From Promethearchaeota archaeon (GTDB lineage: Archaea > Asgardarchaeota > Lokiarchaeia > Sigyniarchaeales > SOKP01), in the NCBI GenBank assembly GCA_011364975.1, contig RDOE01000056.1, forward strand, positions 1 through 20,787: 20,787 nucleotides of DNA, given 5' to 3'. Made by a program: the position numbers and the translations under genes. Position 1 is the first letter of the stretch. Every line of letters starts with the position of its first letter. The notes under the pieces are model-generated. The model was not told where the DNA came from, did no database searches, and saw only the letters and a program-made list of their open reading frames with translations. This document shows positions 1-9,129 of this stretch, piece after piece.

Positions 1-51
1 AACTAAATTATCCTACGTAATATTGAGAAGTTAATAAAGATGTTTAATATT

Positions 52-1773
52 TTAAGGATCAAATTTCCAAGGCTTTTGTCTTTTTAAGCAATAAGCTTTA
101 CGTGAATATTCTTCTATCATTCTATGAGTATTAAAAAATGCAGCAAGAGAAATAGCATTTTTACATTTAAATAACCATTCGTCATGATTTAAGTATGTGG
201 GAATAACCTGATTTTCTAAAATGTTATAAATAGCATCTGCATCAATCTTTTCATCATTTGAAACTCTTGGATCTTTAGGATCAGAATCATTAGGGCCTAT
301 TGCCCAACCTGCCATAGGATTCATACGATACCCTTCTAACCACCAACCATCTTGTATACTTAAGTTTAGAACACCATTTAATGCTGCCTTCATACCGCTT
401 GTACCGCTTGCTTCACGATATCTTTCAGGAGTATTAAGCCAAATATCACATCCGGAAACTAGCATGTGAGCTAGATCCATATTATAATTTTCCATCATTA
501 CTACTTTTACACCAAAATTTTGTTGAAGATATTCACCAGATTCATAGATTTTTTTTATATAATCTTTTCCCATCTGATCTTTGGGGTGTGCTTTACCCGC
601 AAATATAAATTGAATCTTGTCCTTACAGATTTTTCCTAATCTCTCCATATCATGAAAGATTAATACTCCTCTTTTATAAGTGGCAAATCTTCTAGCGAAT
701 CCAACCGTTATTAATTCTTCATCAAGTAAATTCCAGCTGTGGCCTTTCTGATAGCTAATTAAATTAAATTTGTTTTCAATATGAGCATCAAACAGATCTA
801 AATCATCTAACTCAATCGCATTAGCGAGAACTGAGGGATTTGCTCTCCAATTTGGCCACTTTTTTGTGAATAATTTACGTAGTGGTTTTGATATCCAAAA
901 CGGTAGATGAATCCCGTTAGTAATATAATCGATTTCATATTGTGGGAACATTTTCTTGGTAATTTCACCATGCTTTTTAGCTACTGCATTTCTGTATCGC
1001 GAAAGCCCCATTCCCAAATAAGTCATGTTAAGCTCGCCTTTATCATCTCCTATTTTTCTTATATCTTTAGGTAGTCTATTCTCAAATACTTTATTGACCA
1101 AATCTTGAGAGAATCGATCATGACCCGCAGGTACCGGAGTGTGTGTGGTAAAAACCACATGCTGTCGAACTTTTTCCAAATCTCCATTCATCATTTCATA
1201 GAGTTGTACTGTAGCGAAAGAACCATGACCTTCATTTAAGTGATATGTTTTAATATTGTTATATCCTAAAGAATTAAGTAACTTTACCCCCCCTATTCCT
1301 AATATAATCTCTTGAACTATACGATTCCAACGAGAAGTTGAATCATATAGAGATCCTGTCATTTTTTTCATCCATTCTTCATTTCCCTCAACATCAGTTG
1401 TTAATAGATAAACAGGTAGTATATGACCTGATTGACCAACAATTTTATATAACCATGCGGATACTTTTACGTCTTTATTCTCAACTTTGACAGTAATTGG
1501 TCGTTCCACTTTCTCAAATTCATAATAAAAATTCCATGAAATTTCCTTTTCACGTTGTTCTCCAAATTCATTATAGAATTGATAAAAATATCCTGAACTA
1601 TAACATAAGCATACTGCAACCATAGGAATTTCTAAGTCTGCAGCAGATCTCACAGTGTCCCCGGAAAGTACTCCTAAACCACCACTGTATGTTGGAATAT
1701 TGCTTTCAAGTCCAATTTCCATAGATATGTAAGCTACTGAGGTGTTTTCTTTTAAATTATCATCTATTTCCAT
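52..1773 (-). CDS. glgP: Alpha-glucan (glycogen/maltodextrin) phosphorylase, short ~573-aa form (GT35)
   Basis: Motifs YSGGLGVL, HLNEGH, FTTHTPVPAGHD, ITNGIH, RRFATYKR, AGKAHPKD and PLP-lysine motif EASGTSGMKAALNG. ATG at 1773 preferred over the track's TTG at 1806. Confidence 0.95.
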   Translation of the reverse strand: MEIDDNLKENTSVAYISMEIGLESNIPTYSGGLGVLSGDTVRSAADLEIPMVAVCLCYSSGYFYQFYNEFGEQREKEISWNFYYEFEKVERPITVKVENKDVKVSAWLYKIVGQSGHILPVYLLTTDVEGNEEWMKKMTGSLYDSTSRWNRIVQEIILGIGGVKLLNSLGYNNIKTYHLNEGHGSFATVQLYEMMNGDLEKVRQHVVFTTHTPVPAGHDRFSQDLVNKVFENRLPKDIRKIGDDKGELNMTYLGMGLSRYRNAVAKKHGEITKKMFPQYEIDYITNGIHLPFWISKPLRKLFTKKWPNWRANPSVLANAIELDDLDLFDAHIENKFNLISYQKGHSWNLLDEELITVGFARRFATYKRGVLIFHDMERLGKICKDKIQFIFAGKAHPKDQMGKDYIKKIYESGEYLQQNFGVKVVMMENYNMDLAHMLVSGCDIWLNTPERYREASGTSGMKAALNGVLNLSIQDGWWLEGYRMNPMAGWAIGPNDSDPKDPRVSNDEKIDADAIYNILENQVIPTYLNHDEWLFKCKNAISLAAFFNTHRMIEEYSRKAYCLKRQKPWKFDP

Positions 1774-2269
1774 AAATTTGCACGCTTCTAATGATATAAT
1801 TTTCAAATATGATGAACTAAATTACAGAGGTTAAATATAATTTTTAAGATTTTTAATTAACTAAAATAAAAAAAACCATTCTAATTAATTCTTATTATCC
1901 CTTTTATTTATTCATTCTTTAAATTTGTTTCGTACTTTAAAACATAAAATTAGTTATAGCATTTCCATTATTTCACTTTTTTCTTCGTAAAAAATTCCAT
2001 AAGTGTAATATTTTTATGTCTGAGAGGATGCTCTGAATTTAATTAGGGTTATTTTAAAATATCCTTACTTTATGAGCACAAGAATAGGGTTGAGGAAACC
2101 ACATTACATTAGGAAATGTAATCTGAAACTGGAAGGTATCTCAAAAAAAATTTCAAAGACAATACACCTTAAGATATATATTTTTCCTATTGAATGAATT
2201 AGAATTTTAAAATTATTAATTAAAAATTCGATTATGAATTTTGTGAACCATATTAGAGATTTAAAACTC

Positions 2270-2635
2270 TTATTTAAATTCCAATTCTCCTTTTTTCATT
2301 GGAATTTTCTTTATTGTTCCATGAACATCTATTTTTTCCAAATCCTGCTTATTCAATTGCTCTAATAAACTTTTGTTTTCAAAAGGAGGTATCTGATTTA
2401 TTATACTAGGTCTAGGGAGAGGATTTATTAAATTTGGTTGCAAAGGATTAGATCTATTATTAAATTCTTTTTCATAAACTTCTTGATTAGAAGAATAATT
2501 ATCCAAGAAAGGAGATTTTATTAAAAATTTTGCTTCAGTTTTCTCAATCTTTGAAATTGAGTTTTTAGGAACCGAAACGTTAGATATTCTACAAATTGGA
2601 CAATTAATTTCATCTATTCCATGTATACAAGGCAA
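2270..2635 (-). CDS. Hypothetical 121-aa protein with N-terminal CxH-x6-CPxC putative zinc-binding motif
   Basis: Begins MPCIHGIDEINCPIC; TTG start preceded by SD-like AGTGAG on the minus strand; fills the gap between two clear genes. Confidence 0.75.
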   Translation of the reverse strand: MPCIHGIDEINCPICRISNVSVPKNSISKIEKTEAKFLIKSPFLDNYSSNQEVYEKEFNNRSNPLQPNLINPLPRPSIINQIPPFENKSLLEQLNKQDLEKIDVHGTIKKIPMKKGELEFK

Positions 2636-2712
2636 AGAATCTCACTAAATTTATTAAACAGTATTAAATGTTTTAAATTAATTTTATCTTATATTTTTTG
2701 TTATTATTATCT

Positions 2713-3831
2713 ATGAATAATGACTTCTTAAATGAAATAATCTCTCAACCTAAAGCGCTTAAAGATACCTTTAATTATATATTAAATGAAGGAAAACCCC
2801 AATTCCTAATTATTCGGGATTTTATTAAAAAGGGAGGAATTACTAAATTAATCTTTACAGGGATGGGATCTAGTTACATAAGTTCATATTTACCTTATTA
2901 TATTCTAAATCCATATGGGATAGCTATAGAAATACGTGAAGCTGGAGAATTTCTACTTAATACATTTCCTGAAGTAAAACAAGATTGCTTCAAGGATACT
3001 GGAATTGTAATTATCTCACAATCGGGGGAATCAGGTGAAATAAGAGAACTTGTCCGAAAATTAAATGATATGGAGGATAAGCCTTTGACCATTGGCATAA
3101 CTAATAATCCGGATAGCTATTTATCATATCGAACAGAATTACAAATTTTTATGAATTTTGACAAAGAAGTTTCTGTCACTTCTAAAAGTTATGTGTGCAC
3201 TCTTTTAATTCTCTATGTAATGGCAAAATCTATTATTTGTGATTTTTTTAACTTAGAAGAAGAAATCAATAAAGTTTACAATTTAATTGAGAAAATGTCT
3301 AATCTCTTGAACTTTAAGGAAAACATTGATAAAATTTGGAATGAGTGTGTTTTATCCTTTGGTATTGATGTCGATTTCGTTGAAATTTTATCAGATGGTA
3401 CATCAATGACCACAGTACATCAAGCAGCTTTAAATTTCAAAGAAGTGGCTAAGACTTATTCAGAAGCTAATTCCTTAACTTTCTTTAGACATGGAGGTAT
3501 AGAAATTCTAAATAATAAAACTAAATTAATAATTATAACTTCTGATAATAAAAATTTAGAATTTACATATAAATTTTTACTCGGTATTGTAAACGAATGG
3601 AAATTCGGAAAAATATTACATATAACCAATCAAAAGCTTGATGAAAAATTAAAAGACGTCCATCAAAATCCAAAAATTATTTTATATAAACATGAAATTA
3701 CTGATGCATACTTAGCACCTATCATGGAAATTGTGATAATTCAATTATTTGCATATAGAATTGCTGAAACGAAGGGGATCGAACCGGGTAAGTTCTATTA
3801 TTCTCAGAAAGTTACCGATGTCTTCAAATAA
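2713..3831 (+). CDS. Double-SIS-domain sugar-phosphate isomerase/deaminase (GlmS isomerase-domain/GlmD-like, no glutaminase domain)
   Basis: EIISQP, FTGMGSS, ISQSGES, TSKSY, ALNFKE, FRHGG and C-terminal QKVT match the GlmS C-terminal SIS module. ATG 2713 preferred to TTG 2698. Confidence 0.88.
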   Translation: MNNDFLNEIISQPKALKDTFNYILNEGKPQFLIIRDFIKKGGITKLIFTGMGSSYISSYLPYYILNPYGIAIEIREAGEFLLNTFPEVKQDCFKDTGIVIISQSGESGEIRELVRKLNDMEDKPLTIGITNNPDSYLSYRTELQIFMNFDKEVSVTSKSYVCTLLILYVMAKSIICDFFNLEEEINKVYNLIEKMSNLLNFKENIDKIWNECVLSFGIDVDFVEILSDGTSMTTVHQAALNFKEVAKTYSEANSLTFFRHGGIEILNNKTKLIIITSDNKNLEFTYKFLLGIVNEWKFGKILHITNQKLDEKLKDVHQNPKIILYKHEITDAYLAPIMEIVIIQLFAYRIAETKGIEPGKFYYSQKVTDVFK

Positions 3832-4007
3832 TATAGCTTGAGCAAACTCATACGTTATTATTAAAATGGGGTTGAGATTTAAATGATTTCCTTGAATCAA
3901 TTTCAGTTTTATTAATATAAAATTTATAAAGTCATTTCCATTAAAGTTATTATTTACAAAACAAATTTAAACAAAAATATTAACAATTAAATTAATTGGT
4001 GTATATA

Positions 4008-5786
4008 ATGGCAGATTGGCAAGTAAATGAACAAAAAGCATGGTTCCATAAATGGTGGCCACAAGGTGTTCCATTCAATGTTAATTTTGAGAGAATATCT
4101 TTAGGAGAATTTTTTGAAACGCAAAGAAAGAAATATCCTAATGATAATATTATGTACTTTATAGAGACGTGGATGACATATGAAGAAGCAGGGCAAGCAA
4201 TAGATTCTTTTGCCACAGCACTTCATAATTTAGGATTAAAAACTGGTGATGTGGTGGGACTATTTTTACCCAATTGTTTTCAATATGTAATTTCATTTTA
4301 TGCATGTGCTAAATTAGGTGTTATTGCAACTGGGATTAATCCTACGTTTAAACCTTTAGAAGTACTTCACCAGATTGAAATAACCAATGTGAAAGTTATA
4401 ATTACTCTAGATGCACTTTACGAAGAACTAATTAAGCCAATAATCGAAAAAACAAGGGTTGAATTCGTAATTTATACCAGTATAATAGATCTAGCCTCGG
4501 GACTTTCTCCAATTAAAAAAGTTCTTGGAAAATTAATTGGCAAAATTCCCAAAGGAAAAGTGGATTTTGAACCCTCTTACAAATTTTTAGATTTATTAGA
4601 AACCCAACCTAACCTTCCTAAGGTAAATTTCGATCCAACTTCTCATCCCGCTACATATCTCATGACGGGCGGTACGACTGGTGTTCCCAAAGCGACTGTA
4701 ATAACTCATTTCAATTTAGTTTCCAATGTAAGACAAATTGTTGAAATATTTGGTGGTGAACAACCTGGATTAGGTGATGTGGGGGCGTTACCTCTATTTC
4801 ATTCATTTGGCTTAACAGCAATTATGAACGTTGCAATTGGAGTAGGTGGTTGGATGATGTTATTTCCAAGACCTCCACCAACCGAAGAATTTCTAAAAGA
4901 AATTGATAATATAGACGCACCAAAAGGTCTCGCTTATGCAGGAGCAGAGATTTTATTCAAACGTATTGCAGATTTCCCTGAGCTACATAAATTTCCTAAC
5001 ATAATGGGTAAATTACGATTGAATGTCTCTGGTGCAGGACCGTTACATGCCCCGGTAAGAGATGCATTTGAAAAGAATACAGGAGGTAGAATAGTGGAGG
5101 GATACGGTCTTTCTGAAGCTAGTCCGGTTGTAAGTGCCGGTAATTTATTTGGCGAAAGTCCTATGGGGACTATCGGAATGCCTCTCCCAGGAACAGATTG
5201 GGGTATTTTTGATGCAGAAGCTTCTAATTTAGAGAAAGGGCCTATAGCTGATGGCTTACCCGGTTCTAAATATGGAGAAGAGAATACAGGAGAATTGTGC
5301 GTTTGCGGTCCACAGGTTATGAAAGAATATTTAAATCGCCCTGAAGAAACCAAGGAAACAATCCAAAAATGGGATGGAAGACTTTGGCTAAGAACAGGAG
5401 ATATTGGTTTTATGAATGATGATGGAACTGTTGCTCTTAGAGACCGAAAAAAGCAATTAATTAAAGTTGCAGGTCATTCAGTATTTCCAAAAGAAGTGGA
5501 GGAAATGTTAATGAAGAATGAAGCCGTATCCGAAGCGGCTGTAGCAGGACTTCCTGATCCTTCTGGAAAACTAGGAGAAATTACCAAAGCATGGGTAGCT
5601 TTAAAGCCAGAATATGTTGGTAAAATAACAGAGAAAGAATTAATTACATGGGCAGAAGAGAATATGACTAAATGGAAATGCCCAGCACTCATAGAATTTA
5701 TCGACGAAATTCCTAAAAGTATCCTTGGTAAAGTTGAAAGGAGAACATTACAAGAAGCAGATCCTCTTTTTAAAAAAGGTTTATAA
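4008..5786 (+). CDS. fadD: Long-chain-fatty-acid--CoA ligase (ANL/AMP-binding family)
   Basis: MTGGTTGVPK P-loop, LPLFHSFG, EGYGLSE, GELCVCGPQVMKEY, WLRTGDIG, PKSILGKV. ATG 4008 has GGTG SD at 3998-4001. Confidence 0.92.
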   Translation: MADWQVNEQKAWFHKWWPQGVPFNVNFERISLGEFFETQRKKYPNDNIMYFIETWMTYEEAGQAIDSFATALHNLGLKTGDVVGLFLPNCFQYVISFYACAKLGVIATGINPTFKPLEVLHQIEITNVKVIITLDALYEELIKPIIEKTRVEFVIYTSIIDLASGLSPIKKVLGKLIGKIPKGKVDFEPSYKFLDLLETQPNLPKVNFDPTSHPATYLMTGGTTGVPKATVITHFNLVSNVRQIVEIFGGEQPGLGDVGALPLFHSFGLTAIMNVAIGVGGWMMLFPRPPPTEEFLKEIDNIDAPKGLAYAGAEILFKRIADFPELHKFPNIMGKLRLNVSGAGPLHAPVRDAFEKNTGGRIVEGYGLSEASPVVSAGNLFGESPMGTIGMPLPGTDWGIFDAEASNLEKGPIADGLPGSKYGEENTGELCVCGPQVMKEYLNRPEETKETIQKWDGRLWLRTGDIGFMNDDGTVALRDRKKQLIKVAGHSVFPKEVEEMLMKNEAVSEAAVAGLPDPSGKLGEITKAWVALKPEYVGKITEKELITWAEENMTKWKCPALIEFIDEIPKSILGKVERRTLQEADPLFKKGL

Positions 5787-5795
5787 CAATATTCA

Positions 5796-5812
5796 TTTTT
5801 TTTCTTTTTTTT
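5796..5812 (+). terminator. Archaeal oligo(T) terminator candidate after the acyl-CoA ligase
   Basis: T8-C-T8 tract starting 10 nt after the stop codon. Confidence 0.55.
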
Positions 5813-5980
5813 CCATTACTATGACATATTCAATTTAGATAAAGCCAAAAAATTATATCGATTAAATATCTCTTTTTTAATCCTGATTTTTCAACTATAA
5901 GATTTTTAATGGATAGAAAGGATTCTATGGAGATTATCGAGTGAAAATGAAATAAATTTTAATTATACTCTAAATTTATT

Positions 5981-5997
5981 GAAAATAATTTATATAA
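5981..5997 (+). promoter_or_regulatory. BRE/TATA promoter candidate for the NDP-sugar pyrophosphorylase + LRR unit
   Basis: GAAAATAA followed by TTTATATA (5989-5996), about 35 nt upstream of the TTG at 6031. AT-rich background lowers specificity. Confidence 0.45.
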
Positions 5998-6030
5998 CTA
6001 ATAATCTAGCATTTAAGTAGTGAATAAATC

Positions 6031-7167
6031 TTGACAAAAGGAATCATTCTCTCTGGAGGTTGGGGAACAAGACTCAGACCACTTACATGTACAATTCCAA
6101 AAACTTTGATACCGATCGTTAATAAACCAGTCATTGAACGCCAAATTTTGCTATTGAAAGAAGCTGGAGTAAAAGAAGTTGTATTAGCTGTAAGTGTGAT
6201 GTCCGATATTATAGAACGTTATTTTAAGAATGGAGAAAAACTAGGAGTAAATATTAAATACACCCAAGAGAAATATCCAAGGGGAACAGCAGGTGCAATC
6301 AAATTAGCAGAAGAATTTCTAAAAGATGATAATTTTTTTATGTTGAACGGAGATGTTATTTTAAATTTTAACTTCGGAGAAATGTTAAAACAACATAATA
6401 AAAACCAGTGTTTAGGGACAATCGCAAGTAAAATAGTCGATGATCCCTCCCCTTATGGTGTTTTAATTGTTGATAAAGATACGAATCAACTGCTTAAATT
6501 TCTTGAAAAAGATGAATATTACCCCCCTAACGGTAAGATTGTTCCTATGCCTATTAATGCAGGTGTGTATATTCTTGAACCTGAGATATTTTCTTATATT
6601 GAACCTAATAAAAAGGTTTCAATTGAAAGAGAAGTATTTCCCAAATTAGCAGAAAAGAGCAAGTTGTATCACTATCCGATTAAGGGGATTTGGAGTGATA
6701 TAGGGAAACCATACGAATTATTAACGGGAAATATTCTATTAATGAAAGATTTAATAAGAAATTTAAAAGGTCAAATTAAAAATTTGGTAGATGATTCAGC
6801 AGATATTCATCCAACTACCATTATTTATTCGCCATGTGTTATTGGATCGAATGCTGTAATTCGAGAAAATTGTAAAATTGGACCTAATGTTGTTATTGGA
6901 GATAATGTATTTATCGATAGTGGTTCGGTTCTTAAAAATTGCTTAATCTATAATGAAACTTATGTTTCTAAACAAGTAAGTATCGAAACAGCAATTGTAT
7001 CTGACAATTGTAATATTAAAAGGGATGCAATTTTGAAAGGGAATAATGAAAATTTGGTTATTTTATCTTCTTATGTTGAAGTTTTGGATAACGTAGAATT
7101 AATTGCTCCTCCTAGTATCTCATTAAACATATGTCATCATGAAGTTGTTAAAGAAAGTATGAAATAA
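6031..7167 (+). CDS. NDP-sugar pyrophosphorylase, mannose-1-phosphate guanylyltransferase-like, with C-terminal hexapeptide (LbH) repeats
   Basis: KGIILSGGWGTRLRPLT, PKTLIPI, PRGTAGAI, LNGDV, INAGVYI, WSDIGKP, then VIGSNAVI/IGPNVVIGDNV repeats. TTG start forced by in-frame TAA at 6025. Confidence 0.9.
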   Translation: MTKGIILSGGWGTRLRPLTCTIPKTLIPIVNKPVIERQILLLKEAGVKEVVLAVSVMSDIIERYFKNGEKLGVNIKYTQEKYPRGTAGAIKLAEEFLKDDNFFMLNGDVILNFNFGEMLKQHNKNQCLGTIASKIVDDPSPYGVLIVDKDTNQLLKFLEKDEYYPPNGKIVPMPINAGVYILEPEIFSYIEPNKKVSIEREVFPKLAEKSKLYHYPIKGIWSDIGKPYELLTGNILLMKDLIRNLKGQIKNLVDDSADIHPTTIIYSPCVIGSNAVIRENCKIGPNVVIGDNVFIDSGSVLKNCLIYNETYVSKQVSIETAIVSDNCNIKRDAILKGNNENLVILSSYVEVLDNVELIAPPSISLNICHHEVVKESMK

Positions 7168-7168
7168 T

Positions 7169-8434
7169 ATGAAGGAATATTTAAACCCGGATAAGATTCA
7201 ACAAGATATTGCTAATAATAAAATATCCATTAAAGATGCATTAAAACTATATGAATCCATACTAACTAAAAGTGATAACGAAGATTTGAGACATAACGTA
7301 ATTATGTCTCTTGGCAATTTCTCTGTTGAGAGAGAAGAAATATTTAAAATATTAGAAATTAGCTTAATTTCTGATGAATCAGAAAGAATTAGATATGCTT
7401 CAGCTATAATATTAACAGAAAAGTTCTCTGATTATGATATCTCCCCCCTATTATGGGCAATCGAGAGTGAGAGTTCTATTTTTTTTTTTAAAAATATGTT
7501 AAATCAATTGGATAAGTGTAAAACTCTTAATAGTGATATATTACGAGATAAAATTCTCAATAAAATATCAATTCACTATAATCTCACTCCTCTTGACTCT
7601 AAATTTATATTAGATGTTGATTATTTAGATTACTTGAAATTTAGAGATGAGTTGAGTGAGTTTTCAAAAAAATTTCATCCAACAGAATTAGAAATTCAAG
7701 AATTGATTAAAGAAAATACTCAACTAGGGTATAAAGGATTATCCAGAGTTAGAACGAGTCAGAATAAGTATATAACGGATTTAGATTTAAATGAATTAGA
7801 TGAAATACCAGATTCAATTTGCAATTTAACCAAACTGAATACTTTAAGAATATCACATTGTAACCTTAAAAAAGGGCCTCAAAAATGTCCTATTTTAGAA
7901 TCTTTAGACTCATTGGTTATGGTTAATAATGATTTGGAATTTATACCAAACTGGGTCATTAATTATGCAAATCAAGAAAGAAATATTCAAAAATATATTG
8001 ATGAGGGAGTTATCACTTCTGAAGCATATATTTTAGTATTAATGGAAATACTTTCAGGACGTAAATGTAATAAAATTAATGAAACACCTAATATAGAACA
8101 CTTTTTTTCAGTATGCTATAGTTTGAATGATAATGGTAATATAATTGGTCTCTATTATTCAAATAAGAATTTACAAATAGGAATTATTCCAAAACAAATA
8201 TGTGAGCTGAAATATTTAAAAGAACTAACCTTAACAAAACAAAAAGTAAAAGAAATACCAGACTGCTTCATTAAATTGCAACATTTAAAAGAATTGAATT
8301 TAAAGGAGAATAAAATTACTTTTGTTCCAGAAAAAATAATTCAATTGAAAAATATTGAACTAGTCGACTTACGCAAGAATCCTTTCAAAAATATTCCGAA
8401 TTCTATCTCAAATTCAGACCGATTCAAAATTTAA
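7169..8434 (+). CDS. HEAT-like + leucine-rich repeat protein
   Basis: N-terminal HEAT-like segments (SDNEDLRHNVIMSLG, SDESERIRYASAIIL) and two LRR blocks (IPDSICNLTKLNTLRISHCNL; IPKQICELKYLKELTL, IPDCFIKLQHLKELNLKENKI, VPEKIIQLKNIELVDLRKNPF). Confidence 0.85.
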   Translation: MKEYLNPDKIQQDIANNKISIKDALKLYESILTKSDNEDLRHNVIMSLGNFSVEREEIFKILEISLISDESERIRYASAIILTEKFSDYDISPLLWAIESESSIFFFKNMLNQLDKCKTLNSDILRDKILNKISIHYNLTPLDSKFILDVDYLDYLKFRDELSEFSKKFHPTELEIQELIKENTQLGYKGLSRVRTSQNKYITDLDLNELDEIPDSICNLTKLNTLRISHCNLKKGPQKCPILESLDSLVMVNNDLEFIPNWVINYANQERNIQKYIDEGVITSEAYILVLMEILSGRKCNKINETPNIEHFFSVCYSLNDNGNIIGLYYSNKNLQIGIIPKQICELKYLKELTLTKQKVKEIPDCFIKLQHLKELNLKENKITFVPEKIIQLKNIELVDLRKNPFKNIPNSISNSDRFKI

Positions 8435-8459
8435 GCAAATAAATTTCCGTAATCAGATA

Positions 8460-8906
8460 TTAATCATTACATCTAACGGATTCTTTTAACCATAAGGGTA
8501 ATTTTCCCTCATTAATTAATATTTTAAAAAGATTTGGGAGACTATCAAATTGTTTCATGCATAATTGATACTCTTCTTCACTTATAGATGAGGTTATTGG
8601 AAATAATGAAAGCATCATTTCCCTTTTACTCGTAATTAAATTCCTAACTTTATCACACGGAAATAGTGTACATAGGGCACAATTTTCTACACCTTTTTCT
8701 AGTGCACATGGACGTACTTTACAATTTCCATCTGCATGCTTTCCCTTATTTATACAACCTACACATTTAACATTATCTACATTATATCTATGGTTCCCAA
8801 AGATCTTTTTCCATCCTTCTACCATTTTTTTTCTAATTTCGGGATCTTCAGAACGAGCGGCACATAAATGACAATTATATCCGCAATATCCAAGCTCTTC
8901 TTTCAT
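8460..8906 (-). CDS. DUF3795-type cysteine-rich protein (putative metal-binding)
   Basis: Pattern YCGYNCHLC ... CVGC ... CKVRPCALEKGVENCALCTLFPC. Confidence 0.8.
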   Translation of the reverse strand: MKEELGYCGYNCHLCAARSEDPEIRKKMVEGWKKIFGNHRYNVDNVKCVGCINKGKHADGNCKVRPCALEKGVENCALCTLFPCDKVRNLITSKREMMLSLFPITSSISEEEYQLCMKQFDSLPNLFKILINEGKLPLWLKESVRCND

Positions 8907-9129
8907 AAAAATTCACTATACTAAATTTTCGCATTTTCAACCGTTTTATAATAAGCCTAATTAGCAACAACAGATGTCAATTTTAATAATTTAGTTTGTA
9001 ATTAAATAGGATTAAAATACAACTCGTTTGTATTACTAATTTTGGCAAAAACGTTATAAATTGACAAGTAATACTGATATAAAAAAGAGAAGTTTTATTT
9101 TCCAGTTTAAATAGTTTCGGAGTGATTTT

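Noticed and set aside
1809-1815. Perfect box C (ATGATGA), possible C/D sRNA
   Set aside because: No CTGA box D within the expected ~50-60 nt; lies in the glgP upstream region on the opposite strand.
2018-2145. Partial resemblance to RNase P RNA (GAGGAAA, TGAAAC), TPP riboswitch (CTGAGAG), hammerhead core or IS200/605 omega-RNA
   Set aside because: Each match covers only one or two short motifs; the other required elements are missing or out of order, and there is no tnpB/iscB gene nearby.
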